Assembly (NCBI RefSeq): GCF_000155895.1
Contig: NZ_DS995298.1
Location: 1,320,001 to 1,352,000 of the forward strand
DNA length: 32,000 nt
Source: Candidatus Pelagibacter sp. HTCC7211
GTDB lineage: Bacteria > Pseudomonadota > Alphaproteobacteria > Pelagibacterales > Pelagibacteraceae
Direction: 5' to 3'
Shown piece after piece: positions 1-8,043 of the stretch. Position 1 is the first letter of the stretch, and every line of letters begins with the position of its first letter. Made by a program: the position numbers and the translations under genes. Under the pieces are notes generated by a model. The model was not told where the DNA came from. It searched no databases and saw only the letters and a program-made list of their open reading frames with translations.

Positions 1-103
1 ATAGCATTAGCACTTAAGCTATATAATAAAATTATGAAAGTTAATTTAACTATTTTCATTCACTAAATTTTATTAGATTTAATTAAAATTTACAAATTAT
101 ATT

Positions 104-120
104 AAACCTAATTTAGGTTT
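104..120 (-). terminator. weak candidate hairpin 3' of msrB
   Basis: AAACCTA-att-TAGGTTT (7-bp stem, only 2 G:C pairs) starts 6 nt after the msrB stop. Flanks are A/T-rich but there is no clean U-tract. It could equally serve a + strand gene ending left of the window. Confidence 0.2.
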
Positions 121-125
121 ATGAT

Positions 126-500
126 TTATTCCTTTGGTTTAAAAACCAAACAAACGCCGTTATTACAGTATCTTTTACCAGAAGGATTTGGACCATCGTC
201 AAAGATGTGACCATGATGACCACCACATTTTTTACAATGATATTCAGTTCTAGCATAACCAAGTAGGTGATCTGTTTTAGTTTCAAATACATCAGGTAAA
301 GACTCGTAAAAAGATGGCCAGCCTGAGCCACTTTCGTACTTTGTGATTGAATCAAATAATTTTTCACCACAATTTACACAATGAAAACTTCCTTCTCTTT
401 TTTCATTATTTAATTCAGAGGAATTTGGCATTTCAGTGCCCTCTTCAAATAAAACTAATTTTTGCTCAGAAGTTAAATCTTTATTAATTTTCTTTGTCAT
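126..500 (-). CDS. msrB: peptide-methionine (R)-S-oxide reductase MsrB
   Basis: 124 aa. Two zinc CxxC motifs (CVNCGEKLF; HCKKCGGHHGHIFDDGP) and the catalytic RYCNNG motif typical of MsrB/SelR. ATG start. Confidence 0.92.
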   Translation of the reverse strand: MTKKINKDLTSEQKLVLFEEGTEMPNSSELNNEKREGSFHCVNCGEKLFDSITKYESGSGWPSFYESLPDVFETKTDHLLGYARTEYHCKKCGGHHGHIFDDGPNPSGKRYCNNGVCLVFKPKE

Positions 501-503
501 AAT

Positions 504-1397
504 TTAAATTAATTTAGCACAAGATTGATGTAATAAAGAATGTAATTCTACCAATTTATTAAAGTCTTTATTATATCCTCCACCTAGAACACCACAAATA
601 GGTATTTTTTTTGAAGAAAAACTTTCAATTACTAGCTCATCTCTGAGTCTTATGCCTTCATCTGAAATTTTTAATTTACCTAATCGGTCATTAAAATGAA
701 TATCGACACCAGCTATATAAAAAACAAAATCAAAGTTTTCATTATTTAACTCATTTAAATAAAATTTAAGTGTCTTTATATATACATCATCTTCAAGATT
801 GTCTTCAAGCTCAACATCTAAATCACTAATTGATTTTTTTGCGGGATAATTAGTTTTTGAATGCATGCTAAAAGTAAAGACATGTCTATTGTATTTAAAA
901 ATTTCTGAGTTACCATTTCCTTGATGAACATCTAGATCTACTATTAAAATTCTATTTGCAAATCCTTTATCCAATAAATAATGTGCAGCAACAGCTACAT
1001 CATTAAAAACACAATAACCAGCACCACTATCATAATTTGCATGATGACTTCCGCCTGCAGTGTTGCAAGCAATCCCATAGTTTAAAGCAAGTTTTGATGC
1101 TAAAACAGTTCCCCCAGTTGCTACTAAGGACCTTTGAACCACGCTATCAACCAATGGAAAACCAATTTTTTTAATTTTATTTTTATCTAAGGTTTTGTTT
1201 TTAATATCATGTATATAATCTTCTGAATGAGCTCTATTTAAAGTTTCAAAAGAGCAAGCAACAGGGTTAAAAAAATTTTTTACTACTTTTTGTTCTATTA
1301 AATATTTAGCAAGTTCACCAAATTTATTAATTGGAAACTTATGATCATCTCCAATTTTAGCAACATAATCTTTATGATTAACTACAGGTAGCTCCAT
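504..1397 (-). CDS. histone deacetylase-family (HDAC/AcuC/acetylpolyamine amidohydrolase-like) zinc deacetylase
   Basis: 297 aa. Catalytic His pair in AGGSHHA, zinc-ligand block IVDLDVHQGNG, and a C-terminal GGGY catalytic Tyr. Stop lies 3 nt from the msrB start. Confidence 0.85.
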   Translation of the reverse strand: MELPVVNHKDYVAKIGDDHKFPINKFGELAKYLIEQKVVKNFFNPVACSFETLNRAHSEDYIHDIKNKTLDKNKIKKIGFPLVDSVVQRSLVATGGTVLASKLALNYGIACNTAGGSHHANYDSGAGYCVFNDVAVAAHYLLDKGFANRILIVDLDVHQGNGNSEIFKYNRHVFTFSMHSKTNYPAKKSISDLDVELEDNLEDDVYIKTLKFYLNELNNENFDFVFYIAGVDIHFNDRLGKLKISDEGIRLRDELVIESFSSKKIPICGVLGGGYNKDFNKLVELHSLLHQSCAKLI

Positions 1398-2350
1398 TAT
1401 TTTTCAATAACACGAATAGGTTTACCATTTACACAAGCTTCAAGATCTTCAATCATTTGAGTATAATAGATGCTATAATTTTCAGCTGTCACATAACCAA
1501 TGTGAGGTGTTAATAATACATTGGGTAAAAATCTTAGCTTATTAGCCTCAGGCAGAGGTTCTTTTTCATAAACATCAATTCCAGCACCCATAATAACATT
1601 AGTAGATAAAGCAATAATCAAATCATCTTCATTAACTATTGGGCCACGCGCAGTATTAATTAAAAAAGCAGTTTTTTTCATTTGATCAAACTCTTTAATT
1701 GTGATGCAATCTTTGTAACGCTCTCCACCTTGTACGTGAATTGAAATATAATCTGACGTTTTAATTAAATCCTCTTTACTACAAGGCAGAACGTTTAATT
1801 CTTTACATTTATCTAAATCTAAATTTTCACTCCAAGCCATTACTTGCATACCAAATGCATTAGCAATTTTTGCAACTTGTGAACCTACTTTTCCAAGACC
1901 AATTAAACCAATAATTTTTCCTTTAAGCTCAAAACCAACTGTTGTTTGCCAATAACCTTGGTACATATTATCAATTTCTGTTTTTAAATTTCTTGATAAC
2001 CCTAAAATTAATGCCCAGGTTAATTCACAAGTTGGATTTGTATTGCTTTCAGTACCACAAACTATGATTTTTCTTTTTTTTGCAGCTTCAAGATCAACTG
2101 ATTTGTTTCGTACACCACTTGTAATTATATATTTAAGATCATTAAGATTATCGATTAAATTCTTAGAAATAGGTGTTCTTTCTCTCATTATCAATAAAGC
2201 CTCAAAATCAGCTAACTGTTCAATAGCATCTGCTTCATCAAGAAATGGTTCGCTAAAAATTTTAAACTCATATTTTCCAGACAATTTTTTAAGATCCACA
2301 AACTCTTGTGAAACGTTTTGGTAATCATCTAAAATTGCAACTTTAAGCAT
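1397..2350 (-). CDS. D-isomer-specific 2-hydroxyacid dehydrogenase, NAD-binding
   Basis: 317 aa. Rossmann motif GLIGLGKVGSQVA. Catalytic Arg/Glu/His context (NTARGPIV, DVYEKEP, TPHIGY). TAATG overlap with the downstream deacetylase start. Confidence 0.87.
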   Translation of the reverse strand: MLKVAILDDYQNVSQEFVDLKKLSGKYEFKIFSEPFLDEADAIEQLADFEALLIMRERTPISKNLIDNLNDLKYIITSGVRNKSVDLEAAKKRKIIVCGTESNTNPTCELTWALILGLSRNLKTEIDNMYQGYWQTTVGFELKGKIIGLIGLGKVGSQVAKIANAFGMQVMAWSENLDLDKCKELNVLPCSKEDLIKTSDYISIHVQGGERYKDCITIKEFDQMKKTAFLINTARGPIVNEDDLIIALSTNVIMGAGIDVYEKEPLPEANKLRFLPNVLLTPHIGYVTAENYSIYYTQMIEDLEACVNGKPIRVIEK

Positions 2351-3239
2351 TTGTAACTTTTTTGTTTGATAAAAATAAACCTAATATAATTAAAACAGAT
2401 CCAATGAAATGAAAAAATAAAAATTTTTCATTAAAAAAAATCATTGCAAAAATTGTACTGAATAATGGAATTAATGATAAAAAAATTCCAGCTCTATTAG
2501 CACCAATGATTGAGACTGCTCCAGCCCAGCAATAATAAGATCCAATGCTTGGAAAAATTGCAATATAGAGCAAAATGAAAATAAGATTACTATTAAGCTC
2601 AGTTGTTTTCCCTTGAGCTAACTCAAATAAAAAAGCTGGTAAAAGAATAATTAACCCAAATGTACAAACAACATGAACAAGAGAAAGTAAAGATATATCA
2701 AATGTTTTTTTTTTCAAAAATGCTGAATAAATACCCCATGATATTATTGCAATTATCATATAAATATCTCCCTTATTAAAATTTAAAGTTAATAAAATAT
2801 TTAAATCTAGACGTGTAATAATTGCCAGAATTCCTAGAACTGAAACAATTAAACCAGATATTTGATAAATATTTGTTTTTTCAATCTTAAGTAGAAAACA
2901 GACTAAAATTATTGATACAGGTATAGCGGTATTAAAAAGTGAAGCATTTATTACCTGCGTATAATTAAGGGCATTATAAGTGAACGCTGAAAATATACCA
3001 ACGCTGGTAAAACCTAAAATAAAAAATAATGGTAAATTATTTTTAACTTCTGTTTTTATTTTTGGAATTTCTTTGAAGGTAAAAGGTAACAATATTATCC
3101 AAACTAAAATCCATCTAAAAAAAGCTAATGAATATGGAGGTACATTCTCTGTGTACGCAAATTTACCAATAGTAAAATTTCCTGCCCAAAATAATGTTGC
3201 AAGAATTAGCATTGTATATGCTTTTGTGTTTTTATTCAT
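2343..3239 (-). CDS. EamA/DMT-superfamily permease (about 10 TM)
   Basis: 298 aa, hydrophobic throughout. Two repeated EamA-like halves (LATLFWAGNF... and ...ISWGIYSAFLKK). 8-nt overlap with the dehydrogenase start. Confidence 0.8.
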   Translation of the reverse strand: MNKNTKAYTMLILATLFWAGNFTIGKFAYTENVPPYSLAFFRWILVWIILLPFTFKEIPKIKTEVKNNLPLFFILGFTSVGIFSAFTYNALNYTQVINASLFNTAIPVSIILVCFLLKIEKTNIYQISGLIVSVLGILAIITRLDLNILLTLNFNKGDIYMIIAIISWGIYSAFLKKKTFDISLLSLVHVVCTFGLIILLPAFLFELAQGKTTELNSNLIFILLYIAIFPSIGSYYCWAGAVSIIGANRAGIFLSLIPLFSTIFAMIFFNEKFLFFHFIGSVLIILGLFLSNKKVTNA

Positions 3240-3341
3240 TTTATCAATTTATGTTTTATCAAATATAATCTTCCCAGAGATTAAAACTAAAGTCTATCTT
3301 AAATAAAACTAATAATAATATTTAATAAAAGGAATTATTAT

Positions 3342-3641
3342 TTATTGAATTTCTTTACAATCTAGATCTTCTGATTTTTCAAAGAATATTTTTTGTAAAT
3401 CATTGCTATAAGTATTATCACACTCTAAAATTTCAACTTCATCTGGCAATAAACTCATTGCATGTTCGCTAACATTTTTACCTGTTTTATTTTTTACTCC
3501 ATAATTTATTGTTTCACCAACTATTGCATGTTGAATGCCACCAGTTTTAACTACTGAAAATGCTGGACCCAATAATGCTAAATTTTGAGCACAACCAGTT
3601 AAAAATACGAAAGTAAATAAAATAAAAAAAATATTTTTCAT
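3342..3641 (-). CDS. small lipoprotein, unknown function
   Basis: 99 aa. Signal peptide with lipobox FLTG-C (MKNIFFILFTFVFLTGCAQ). I recognise no family. Confidence 0.6.
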   Translation of the reverse strand: MKNIFFILFTFVFLTGCAQNLALLGPAFSVVKTGGIQHAIVGETINYGVKNKTGKNVSEHAMSLLPDEVEILECDNTYSNDLQKIFFEKSEDLDCKEIQ

Positions 3642-3722
3642 TAATAGTGATTACTATCTAAATTTATTAACTATTAAAGAATAAAATGATTAATTTAAAA
3701 ATTAAATGTGTCCATTTTGATT

Positions 3723-5960
3723 TTATTTGCCAATACCAATTATTGTTAAGTCATCATCAAGAATATCGTTATTTTCTTTTATGCCTTTTTCAGATATTTC
3801 TTTTTTCAAACTTCTAAGTCGAATTTCTTCAGTTGCATCTTCTAATTCTTTTTTAAGTAAAGAATTTTGGTGTTTAATGATTAATTCTTTAACGCCACTA
3901 ATACCTATTTCTTCTTTTTTTTCATTCATGCACTCAGAAAAACCATCAGTGAAACAATAAATTCTACCTCCATTGAGTTTGAAGCTTTCTAATTTATATA
4001 CACTTTCATCTTTATGTCTTGTAACTGCTAATGGAACTGAACTAGATGGAAATTCCTTAAACTCTTTATCGTTTCTTAACAATGCTGGTTGATGTCCAGC
4101 ATTTGCAATTTCTACTAAATCTGATTTTAAATTATATCTTCCAACAATTGAAGTTATAAATGTACCTCTCGGATTTGTTTCGTTTAAATCATTATTCATT
4201 TCAAATAAAATTTCATTAGGTCTAAATTTTTGTCTCGCAAAAATTTTAAATAATGTGATAGCTTTTGCCATGACCATCCCTGCATTAACACCTTTACCTG
4301 ATACATCTGATAACGTGAAATAAACTTCATCATCATGAAGAAAAAAATCATAAAAATCTCCTGAAATTTCTCTTGCTGGAATATTAAGACCAAATATAGG
4401 ATAGTGATCCATATCTCTTTTTGGCATTAAACGTTTTTGAACATCCATTGCGAGCTTGATCTCTTGAGAAACTCTGTTTTTCCATTTATTTTTTTGTTTT
4501 TCAGTTTGCTCTAGTCTGTCCATTAAAACATTATATTGAGTTCCAATAATACCACTATCCGTGAAAGGATCTTGTGGAGCTCTATTAGAATAGTCATCTG
4601 ATTTAGCTTGTTTTGTCAAAACTTCTAACAATTCATGTGTATCGGTTGATGCATTATGTTCTGAAATATTAAGACCCAACTCTTCTTGAATTTTTCCAAC
4701 TCTTAATGGAAAAAAAGAATTGATAGTTTTAAAAATTATATAAGACCCAAAAAAACAAAAACTTCCAATTGAAACAATTCCAATTAATTGAATTAATAAT
4801 TGCTCTAATCTTGTTTTTTCAACACCCATCATTTCAAAATTTCCAAATATAGCAACAGCAATAGTTCCCCAAATTCCAGAAGCTAAGTGGACAGGAATCG
4901 CACTCACTACATCATCAATTTTAATTTTTTCTAACAATACAATTGTTGAACCTGAAATGATTCCACCAATGCTTCCAATTACAATTGCATCAGATGGATC
5001 TACATAAGCGCATGATGCGGTTATAGAAACCAATCCTGCAAGAGGACCTGTTATCATGAATAACGGTTCAGGTTTTTTTAAAACAATTATTCCCATTATG
5101 CTTGAAAAAATAAGACCAAAAGAAGCTGATAAAAAAGTATTAATTAAAATTAATGGAATTTTTAAATCCATTGCTCCATTAGCGCCTCCATTAAATCCAA
5201 ACCAGCCAAACCATAAAATTAAAGCACCAAGTGCAGCAATTGGAGTATTGCTACCCTGAAAGGTCTTACTTAAGCTATCTTTTCTAAATCTTCCTGTTCG
5301 ATTACCTACAACTAATAAAACTGCAAGTGCAATCCATCCACCAACTGAATGGACAACCGAAGCTCCTGCAAAATCCAAATAACCCAATTTTCCAAGCCAA
5401 CCAAATTTCTCTGTTGGATTTTCAAAGTTAAATGCCCAAGACCAATGACCAACAATAGGATAAAAAAATCCTGAAGCAAAAAATGTAATAATCACGTAAG
5501 AAAAAAACCTTAATCTCTCAGCAACTGCACCAGATATAATTGTTGCAGCTGTAGCAACAAACATTGCTTGGAAAACAAAATAAGTCTGATAGCCAGCAAC
5601 TTTTGTAGTAAAAAAGAAAAACTTATTGCCAAACAATCCAGATACACTAGTTCCATACATTAATGCAAAACCAAATGCCCAAAAAATTACAACTGCAATA
5701 CCAAAGTCAGTTACATTTTTAAGAGCAACGTTAATACTATTTTTGTTTCGAGATAACCCAGTTTCCAAACACATAAACCCTGCTTGCATCAGAAAAACAA
5801 GGATTGCACAAATTAAAAGCCAAAAGGTATCTAGATTTGCTTGAAGGATTGCATCTAAACGAAATTCTAAAGCAGTTAAAGCTCCTTTGTTGGTAAGCTC
5901 TAATTGCTTAATACTTGACTGCAGCTTATTAAGCAAAATCTGGGTTTCAGCCGCAGTCAT
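3723..5960 (-). CDS. ammonium transporter (Amt/MEP) fused to a C-terminal SpoIIE/PP2C serine phosphatase domain
   Basis: 745 aa, ATG start. The Amt core spans aa ~45-440, with signature LDFAGASVVHSVGG and the second pore His in AIPVHLASGIWG. An Amt-type cytoplasmic tail follows (PLRVGKIQEELGLNISEH). After a helical linker, aa 505-745 (nt 3726-4448) carry PP2C motifs ISGDFYDF, LSDVSGKGVNAG, ANAGH, FTDGF and DDDLTIIG. Confidence 0.9.
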   Translation of the reverse strand: MTAAETQILLNKLQSSIKQLELTNKGALTALEFRLDAILQANLDTFWLLICAILVFLMQAGFMCLETGLSRNKNSINVALKNVTDFGIAVVIFWAFGFALMYGTSVSGLFGNKFFFFTTKVAGYQTYFVFQAMFVATAATIISGAVAERLRFFSYVIITFFASGFFYPIVGHWSWAFNFENPTEKFGWLGKLGYLDFAGASVVHSVGGWIALAVLLVVGNRTGRFRKDSLSKTFQGSNTPIAALGALILWFGWFGFNGGANGAMDLKIPLILINTFLSASFGLIFSSIMGIIVLKKPEPLFMITGPLAGLVSITASCAYVDPSDAIVIGSIGGIISGSTIVLLEKIKIDDVVSAIPVHLASGIWGTIAVAIFGNFEMMGVEKTRLEQLLIQLIGIVSIGSFCFFGSYIIFKTINSFFPLRVGKIQEELGLNISEHNASTDTHELLEVLTKQAKSDDYSNRAPQDPFTDSGIIGTQYNVLMDRLEQTEKQKNKWKNRVSQEIKLAMDVQKRLMPKRDMDHYPIFGLNIPAREISGDFYDFFLHDDEVYFTLSDVSGKGVNAGMVMAKAITLFKIFARQKFRPNEILFEMNNDLNETNPRGTFITSIVGRYNLKSDLVEIANAGHQPALLRNDKEFKEFPSSSVPLAVTRHKDESVYKLESFKLNGGRIYCFTDGFSECMNEKKEEIGISGVKELIIKHQNSLLKKELEDATEEIRLRSLKKEISEKGIKENNDILDDDLTIIGIGK

Positions 5961-5972
5961 AATTAAATTTTA

Positions 5973-6311
5973 TTAGTCTACTAATTTTCTAGCTTCCTCA
6001 GCGTCATTGATAATTTTATCAACACTTACAACTTTGATAACTTCAAAACCAGTTCCAAGAATAGCATTTTTATAATCTTCTTCTGTTAAATTTGATTTAT
6101 CAGTAAAAGAAGAAATGGCTACACCTTCTGGCCATGATACCTTCACATCAGCATTAGGACTTGCTGCCTGAAGTGCTTTAGTCACCATTTTTTGACACTT
6201 AATACACATCATGCCATTTACTTGGGCTATTTGTGATTGAGCTGCAAAAACATTTGTAGAAAATAATACTAACAATAAAGTAATAAATATTTTTTTCATA
6301 TTTGCTTTCAT
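5973..6311 (-). CDS. periplasmic heavy-metal-associated (HMA, MerP/CopZ-like) domain protein
   Basis: 112 aa. Signal peptide (ITLLLVLFSTNVFA/AQ) followed by the HMA metal-binding motif VNGMMCIKCQKMVTKAL. Alternative start at Met5 (nt 6299). Only 12 nt upstream of the Amt-PP2C start. Confidence 0.65.
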   Translation of the reverse strand: MKANMKKIFITLLLVLFSTNVFAAQSQIAQVNGMMCIKCQKMVTKALQAASPNADVKVSWPEGVAISSFTDKSNLTEEDYKNAILGTGFEVIKVVSVDKIINDAEEARKLVD

Positions 6312-6402
6312 TTATAATTAAACAAATCTAACTCCTATAATAACTTAAATCCATAATAAAGCTGATCAATTTGAGTTAAAATTCAATTGCTAATTGATTT
6401 TT

Positions 6403-6696
6403 CTATTCTTCAGTGTCTTTTTTTTTCCAAATATAGAAAAATATATATGGAGATAGAGCGGGTACAATTCCAAACCAAAACCATTCATCCCATCTAAAAC
6501 TTTTATCTAAAGTTGGTGCTTTTAAACCATTCCACCAAGTTAAATAACCAATAAAAATTATCCAGCCCAAACTTGCTGTGATAAAAATTTTTTGTTTTTG
6601 TGAAAAGTCTTGTTTTGTTAATTTTAAAAAAAATTCTTTTATGTTTTCTAAATTCATGCCCTTAACACTTTGCTGGATCTCTTCGTAAAGAACCAT
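6403..6696 (-). CDS. small 2-TM membrane protein, unknown function
   Basis: 97 aa as tracked. Two hydrophobic, Trp-rich segments. The ATG at 6696 overlaps the upstream pilin 3' end by 35 nt. The ATG at 6657 (MNLENIKEFF, 84 aa) avoids the overlap and may be the true start. Confidence 0.45.
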   Translation of the reverse strand: MVLYEEIQQSVKGMNLENIKEFFLKLTKQDFSQKQKIFITASLGWIIFIGYLTWWNGLKAPTLDKSFRWDEWFWFGIVPALSPYIFFYIWKKKDTEE

Positions 6697-7108
6697 CAGC
6701 TGTTAAAGTAATATTGCACCCATTAGAATTATCTTCCTCGACCGCATAAATCTTATAATTTGAAGCATGATCTGCAACACATATTAAATAACCTGCTGTT
6801 GCTTTTTTAGGGCTTACATTTGGATCAATAATAGATTTTGCTCCACCAAGTAATTCATTTTCAATAGCTTCAGATGTTGCAATTGATGGCGTGCAAGATG
6901 ACCCTGTGCCTGTGTAATAAATTGAATTAACTGAATAATACTCTGTTTGACCAAGAGATATTTGTCTCATGATATTTTCAGTTGATTTTTTTTTTGTAGA
7001 AGAAACGTAGCCGCTATAACTTGTAATACCAATAGCAGCAATAATACCTAGAATTGCTACAACAACCAAAAGTTCGATAAGGGTAAACCCGGAACTTTTG
7101 GTTGTCAT
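6662..7108 (-). CDS. type IV pilin (second pilin paralogue)
   Basis: 148 aa. Class III prepilin signal MTTKSSG/FTLIELLVVVAILGIIAAI with Glu5. Four Cys in the C-terminal globular part (possible two disulfides), with a C-terminal Cys. Confidence 0.87.
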   Translation of the reverse strand: MTTKSSGFTLIELLVVVAILGIIAAIGITSYSGYVSSTKKKSTENIMRQISLGQTEYYSVNSIYYTGTGSSCTPSIATSEAIENELLGGAKSIIDPNVSPKKATAGYLICVADHASNYKIYAVEEDNSNGCNITLTADGSLRRDPAKC

Positions 7109-7124
7109 AAAATTTATTTTTTAA

Positions 7125-7583
7125 TTATTCAATAGTAACTGTGTTAGTCTTCAAGTCCTCACCATTGGCTGGACAACTTGTTATAGTCACTGTTGTTCCA
7201 TTATCATCAACACTTGTTTGACCCTCTGTTGTAGCATTGCAAGCAGACAGTGTTGTGGTTACAATTGCAGAACTAGCAGTTGCATAAGGGTTTTTAAACT
7301 CAGTTGATAATGCTTCGTTAGTTGCCTTTTTAACAGTTCCTGAACTTTTTCTTTGAGAACAGGTTAATTTAGTACCCATTACTGAACTTTCGCCTATTTC
7401 ACATTTTTTAAGTTCAGCTGCCACATATTTAGTAACTGCAGCCTGGTTAGATTTAACCGCTGATTTTTTTGCGCCCGCTGTGTAACCTGAGTATGCAACT
7501 ACACCTACGGCAGCTAGAATTCCGATAATTGCTACAACAACTAGTAGCTCGATAAGAGTAAAACCTTTATTATTTTTTTTCAT
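7125..7583 (-). CDS. pilA: type IV major pilin PilA
   Basis: 152 aa. Prepilin leader MKKNNKG/FTLIELLVVVAIIGILAAVG with Glu5. Four Cys. Thr/Ser-rich C-terminal half. First gene after the divergent promoter region. Confidence 0.9.
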   Translation of the reverse strand: MKKNNKGFTLIELLVVVAIIGILAAVGVVAYSGYTAGAKKSAVKSNQAAVTKYVAAELKKCEIGESSVMGTKLTCSQRKSSGTVKKATNEALSTEFKNPYATASSAIVTTTLSACNATTEGQTSVDDNGTTVTITSCPANGEDLKTNTVTIE

Positions 7584-7743
7584 AATTAATTCCTATATTT
7601 TATAAGTAAACTTTATAAACCTTAATAGTTTTTGTAAAGCCAAGAAATTATGATAATTCTTCGCATTAGCAATGCCTTAATAGTCCAAAATGGGTGTTAA
7701 TACTAGCGTTTAATAAAAAATTAACGTAAAAAGAGCAAAAAAA
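7584..7743. promoter_or_regulatory. divergent promoter/operator region between pilA (-) and the STAS gene (+)
   Basis: 160-nt non-coding spacer between divergent ATG starts. It contains the only G/C-containing palindrome of the spacer, GCATT-agc-AATGC (7663-7675). No promoter hexamers can be assigned confidently against the AT-rich background. Confidence 0.4.
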
Positions 7744-8043
7744 ATGACTTATCAAGTTACAGAGGAAAATAATATTTCAACCGTATTTCTTAATGGTGAG
7801 ATCGATATGGACGTGACAGACAAAGCAAAGGACGTCATTTTGCCATTAATAGAAGCTGGTAAGGAAGTTCATATTAATCTTAAAGATGTTGAGTATATGG
7901 ACTCATCGGGTATTTCAGTGCTAATCGAAAGTCATCAAAAAGCAATGGAGCTTGGAACTAAAGTAACTCTAAAAGAAATCAGTAAATCTGTTCTTAAAGT
8001 AATTATGATGGCAAAACTAGAGCAGATCTTAAATTTAGATTGA
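7744..8043 (+). CDS. STAS-domain anti-sigma-factor antagonist (SpoIIAA/RsbV family)
   Basis: 99 aa. Conserved phospho-acceptor motif EYMDSSGISVL; Ser54 (nt 7903-7905) aligns by eye with SpoIIAA Ser58 in FMDSSGLGV. Confidence 0.9.
   Translation: MTYQVTEENNISTVFLNGEIDMDVTDKAKDVILPLIEAGKEVHINLKDVEYMDSSGISVLIESHQKAMELGTKVTLKEISKSVLKVIMMAKLEQILNLD

Noticed and set aside
119-370. 83-aa ORF on the minus strand overlapping msrB in another frame
   Set aside because: It lies almost entirely within the well-supported msrB gene (only its last 7 nt extend past the msrB stop). The sequence is low-complexity with no motifs, typical of spurious ORFs in AT-rich DNA.
2043-3306. Antisense ORFs 2043-2324 (+) and 2980-3306 (+) opposite the dehydrogenase and EamA genes
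   Set aside because: They run antisense to genes with clear family motifs. The translations are compositionally odd (Ser/Leu/Phe/Ile runs) with no recognisable domains.
3727-5844. ORFs 3727-3960 (+), 4196-4393 (-), 5056-5259 (+) and 5626-5844 (+) inside the Amt-PP2C gene
   Set aside because: All are nested in, or antisense to, a 745-aa ORF with continuous Amt and PP2C motifs. They are shadow ORFs.
6365-6398. Inverted repeat ATCAATT-N20-AATTGAT followed by TTTTT, downstream of the 97-aa ORF
   Set aside because: The stem is all A/T with a 20-nt loop. The T-run is on the + strand, where no gene ends. It is not credible as a terminator.
7661-7678. Sigma-54 promoter reading of the pilA upstream dyad (minus strand GGCATTGCTAATGC has GG-N10-GC spacing)
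   Set aside because: The spacing follows from the palindrome itself. The match to TGGCAC-N5-TTGCA outside GG/GC is poor. The window has no PilR/PilS or other enhancer-binding protein, and streamlined genomes of this type may lack rpoN. It is kept only as a generic operator candidate.
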